DNA of 63,332 nt, filler included, from Octopus bimaculoides (lineage: Eukaryota): NCBI RefSeq assembly GCF_001194135.2. It is 4 parts of 3 records of this genome, joined end to end, with 100 filler letters (N's around TTAATTAATTAA, not from the genome) between each part and the next. Parts side by side here need not be neighbours in the genome. Positions count along the whole stretch, not along the records: positions 46,737 to 63,332 come from NC_068982.1; 3 more parts are not named here. One strand, written 5' to 3'. The notes beneath the pieces were generated by a model. It did not search any database. It was not told where the DNA came from and saw only the letters and a list, made by a program, of their open reading frames with translations. A program made the translations under genes and the position numbers. This document shows, in pieces, positions 62,952 to 63,332 of this stretch; the stretch's first letter is position 1; each line of letters begins with the position of its first letter.

Positions 62952-63332
62952 GTTCGTGGCAGATGTTCAGGTGCAATAAACACTGTAAACAAACAGGAAA
63001 CAACTTCTATCTCATTCCAGGGAGAAAAACTAGAGGTAGTCGATAGCTTCCGCTATCTGGGTGACCAAGTTAGTAGTGGGGGTGGGTGCGCTGAAAGTGT
63101 AACTGCTAGAATAAGAATAGCCTGGGCCAAGTTTAGAGAGCTCTTACCTCTGCTGGCGACAAAGGGACTCTCACTCAGAGTAAAAGGCAGACTGTATGAC
63201 GCATGTGTACGAACAGCCATGCTACATGGTGGTGAAACATGGGCTGTGACTGCTGAGGACATGCGTAAGCTCGCAAGGAATGAAGCCAGTATGCTCCGCT
63301 GGATGTGTAATGTAAATGTACATACCCATCAG
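62952..63332 (+). mobile_element. RTE LINE reverse-transcriptase C-terminal region, frame open to the window end
   Basis: 127 codons without a stop: GRCSGAIN..GEKLEVVDSFRYLGDQVSSGGGCAESVTARIRIAWAKFRELLPLLATKGLSLRVKGRLYDACVRTAMLHGGETWAV..EASMLRWMCNV. The FxYLG and post-RT motifs are typical of RTE. Confidence 0.92.

Overview
AT-rich, repeat-saturated animal genomic DNA with N gaps. The microsatellite and SINE/RTE/Penelope landscape looks like a coleoid cephalopod such as Octopus (inference, not confirmed). Two host genes are supportable, arranged tail-to-tail at the left end. (1) A GT11 alpha-1,2-fucosyltransferase whose large terminal coding exon is about 4240-5192 (+); its start exon was not located. 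(2) The last three coding exons of an Eco1/ESCO cohesin acetyltransferase on the minus strand (15050-15115, 11912-12090, 8377-8512), with canonical GT-AG sites and matching phases; its 5' exons were not found. The rest is transposon debris (a degenerate Penelope-like element with a nested Tc1/mariner, a long-TIR Tc1, a mariner remnant, hAT, piggyBac and mariner MITEs, RTE LINE pieces, several tRNA-derived SINE families), microsatellites, a 31-bp minisatellite and three artificial 100-bp scaffold spacers. Nearly all other ORFs in the track are microsatellite or TE translations. Most notable observations: (a) several Penelope-type minimal hammerhead ribozyme motifs, two of them in the arms of a 470-bp inverted repeat whose centre is a 36-bp piece of an unrelated SINE; (b) several near-perfect DNA hairpins in the 21-33 kb block; (c) CpG-depleted flanks around a CpG-retaining central block. 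I see no convincing wholly new system. The ribozyme and palindrome features are instances of a known class whose local architecture may be undescribed.
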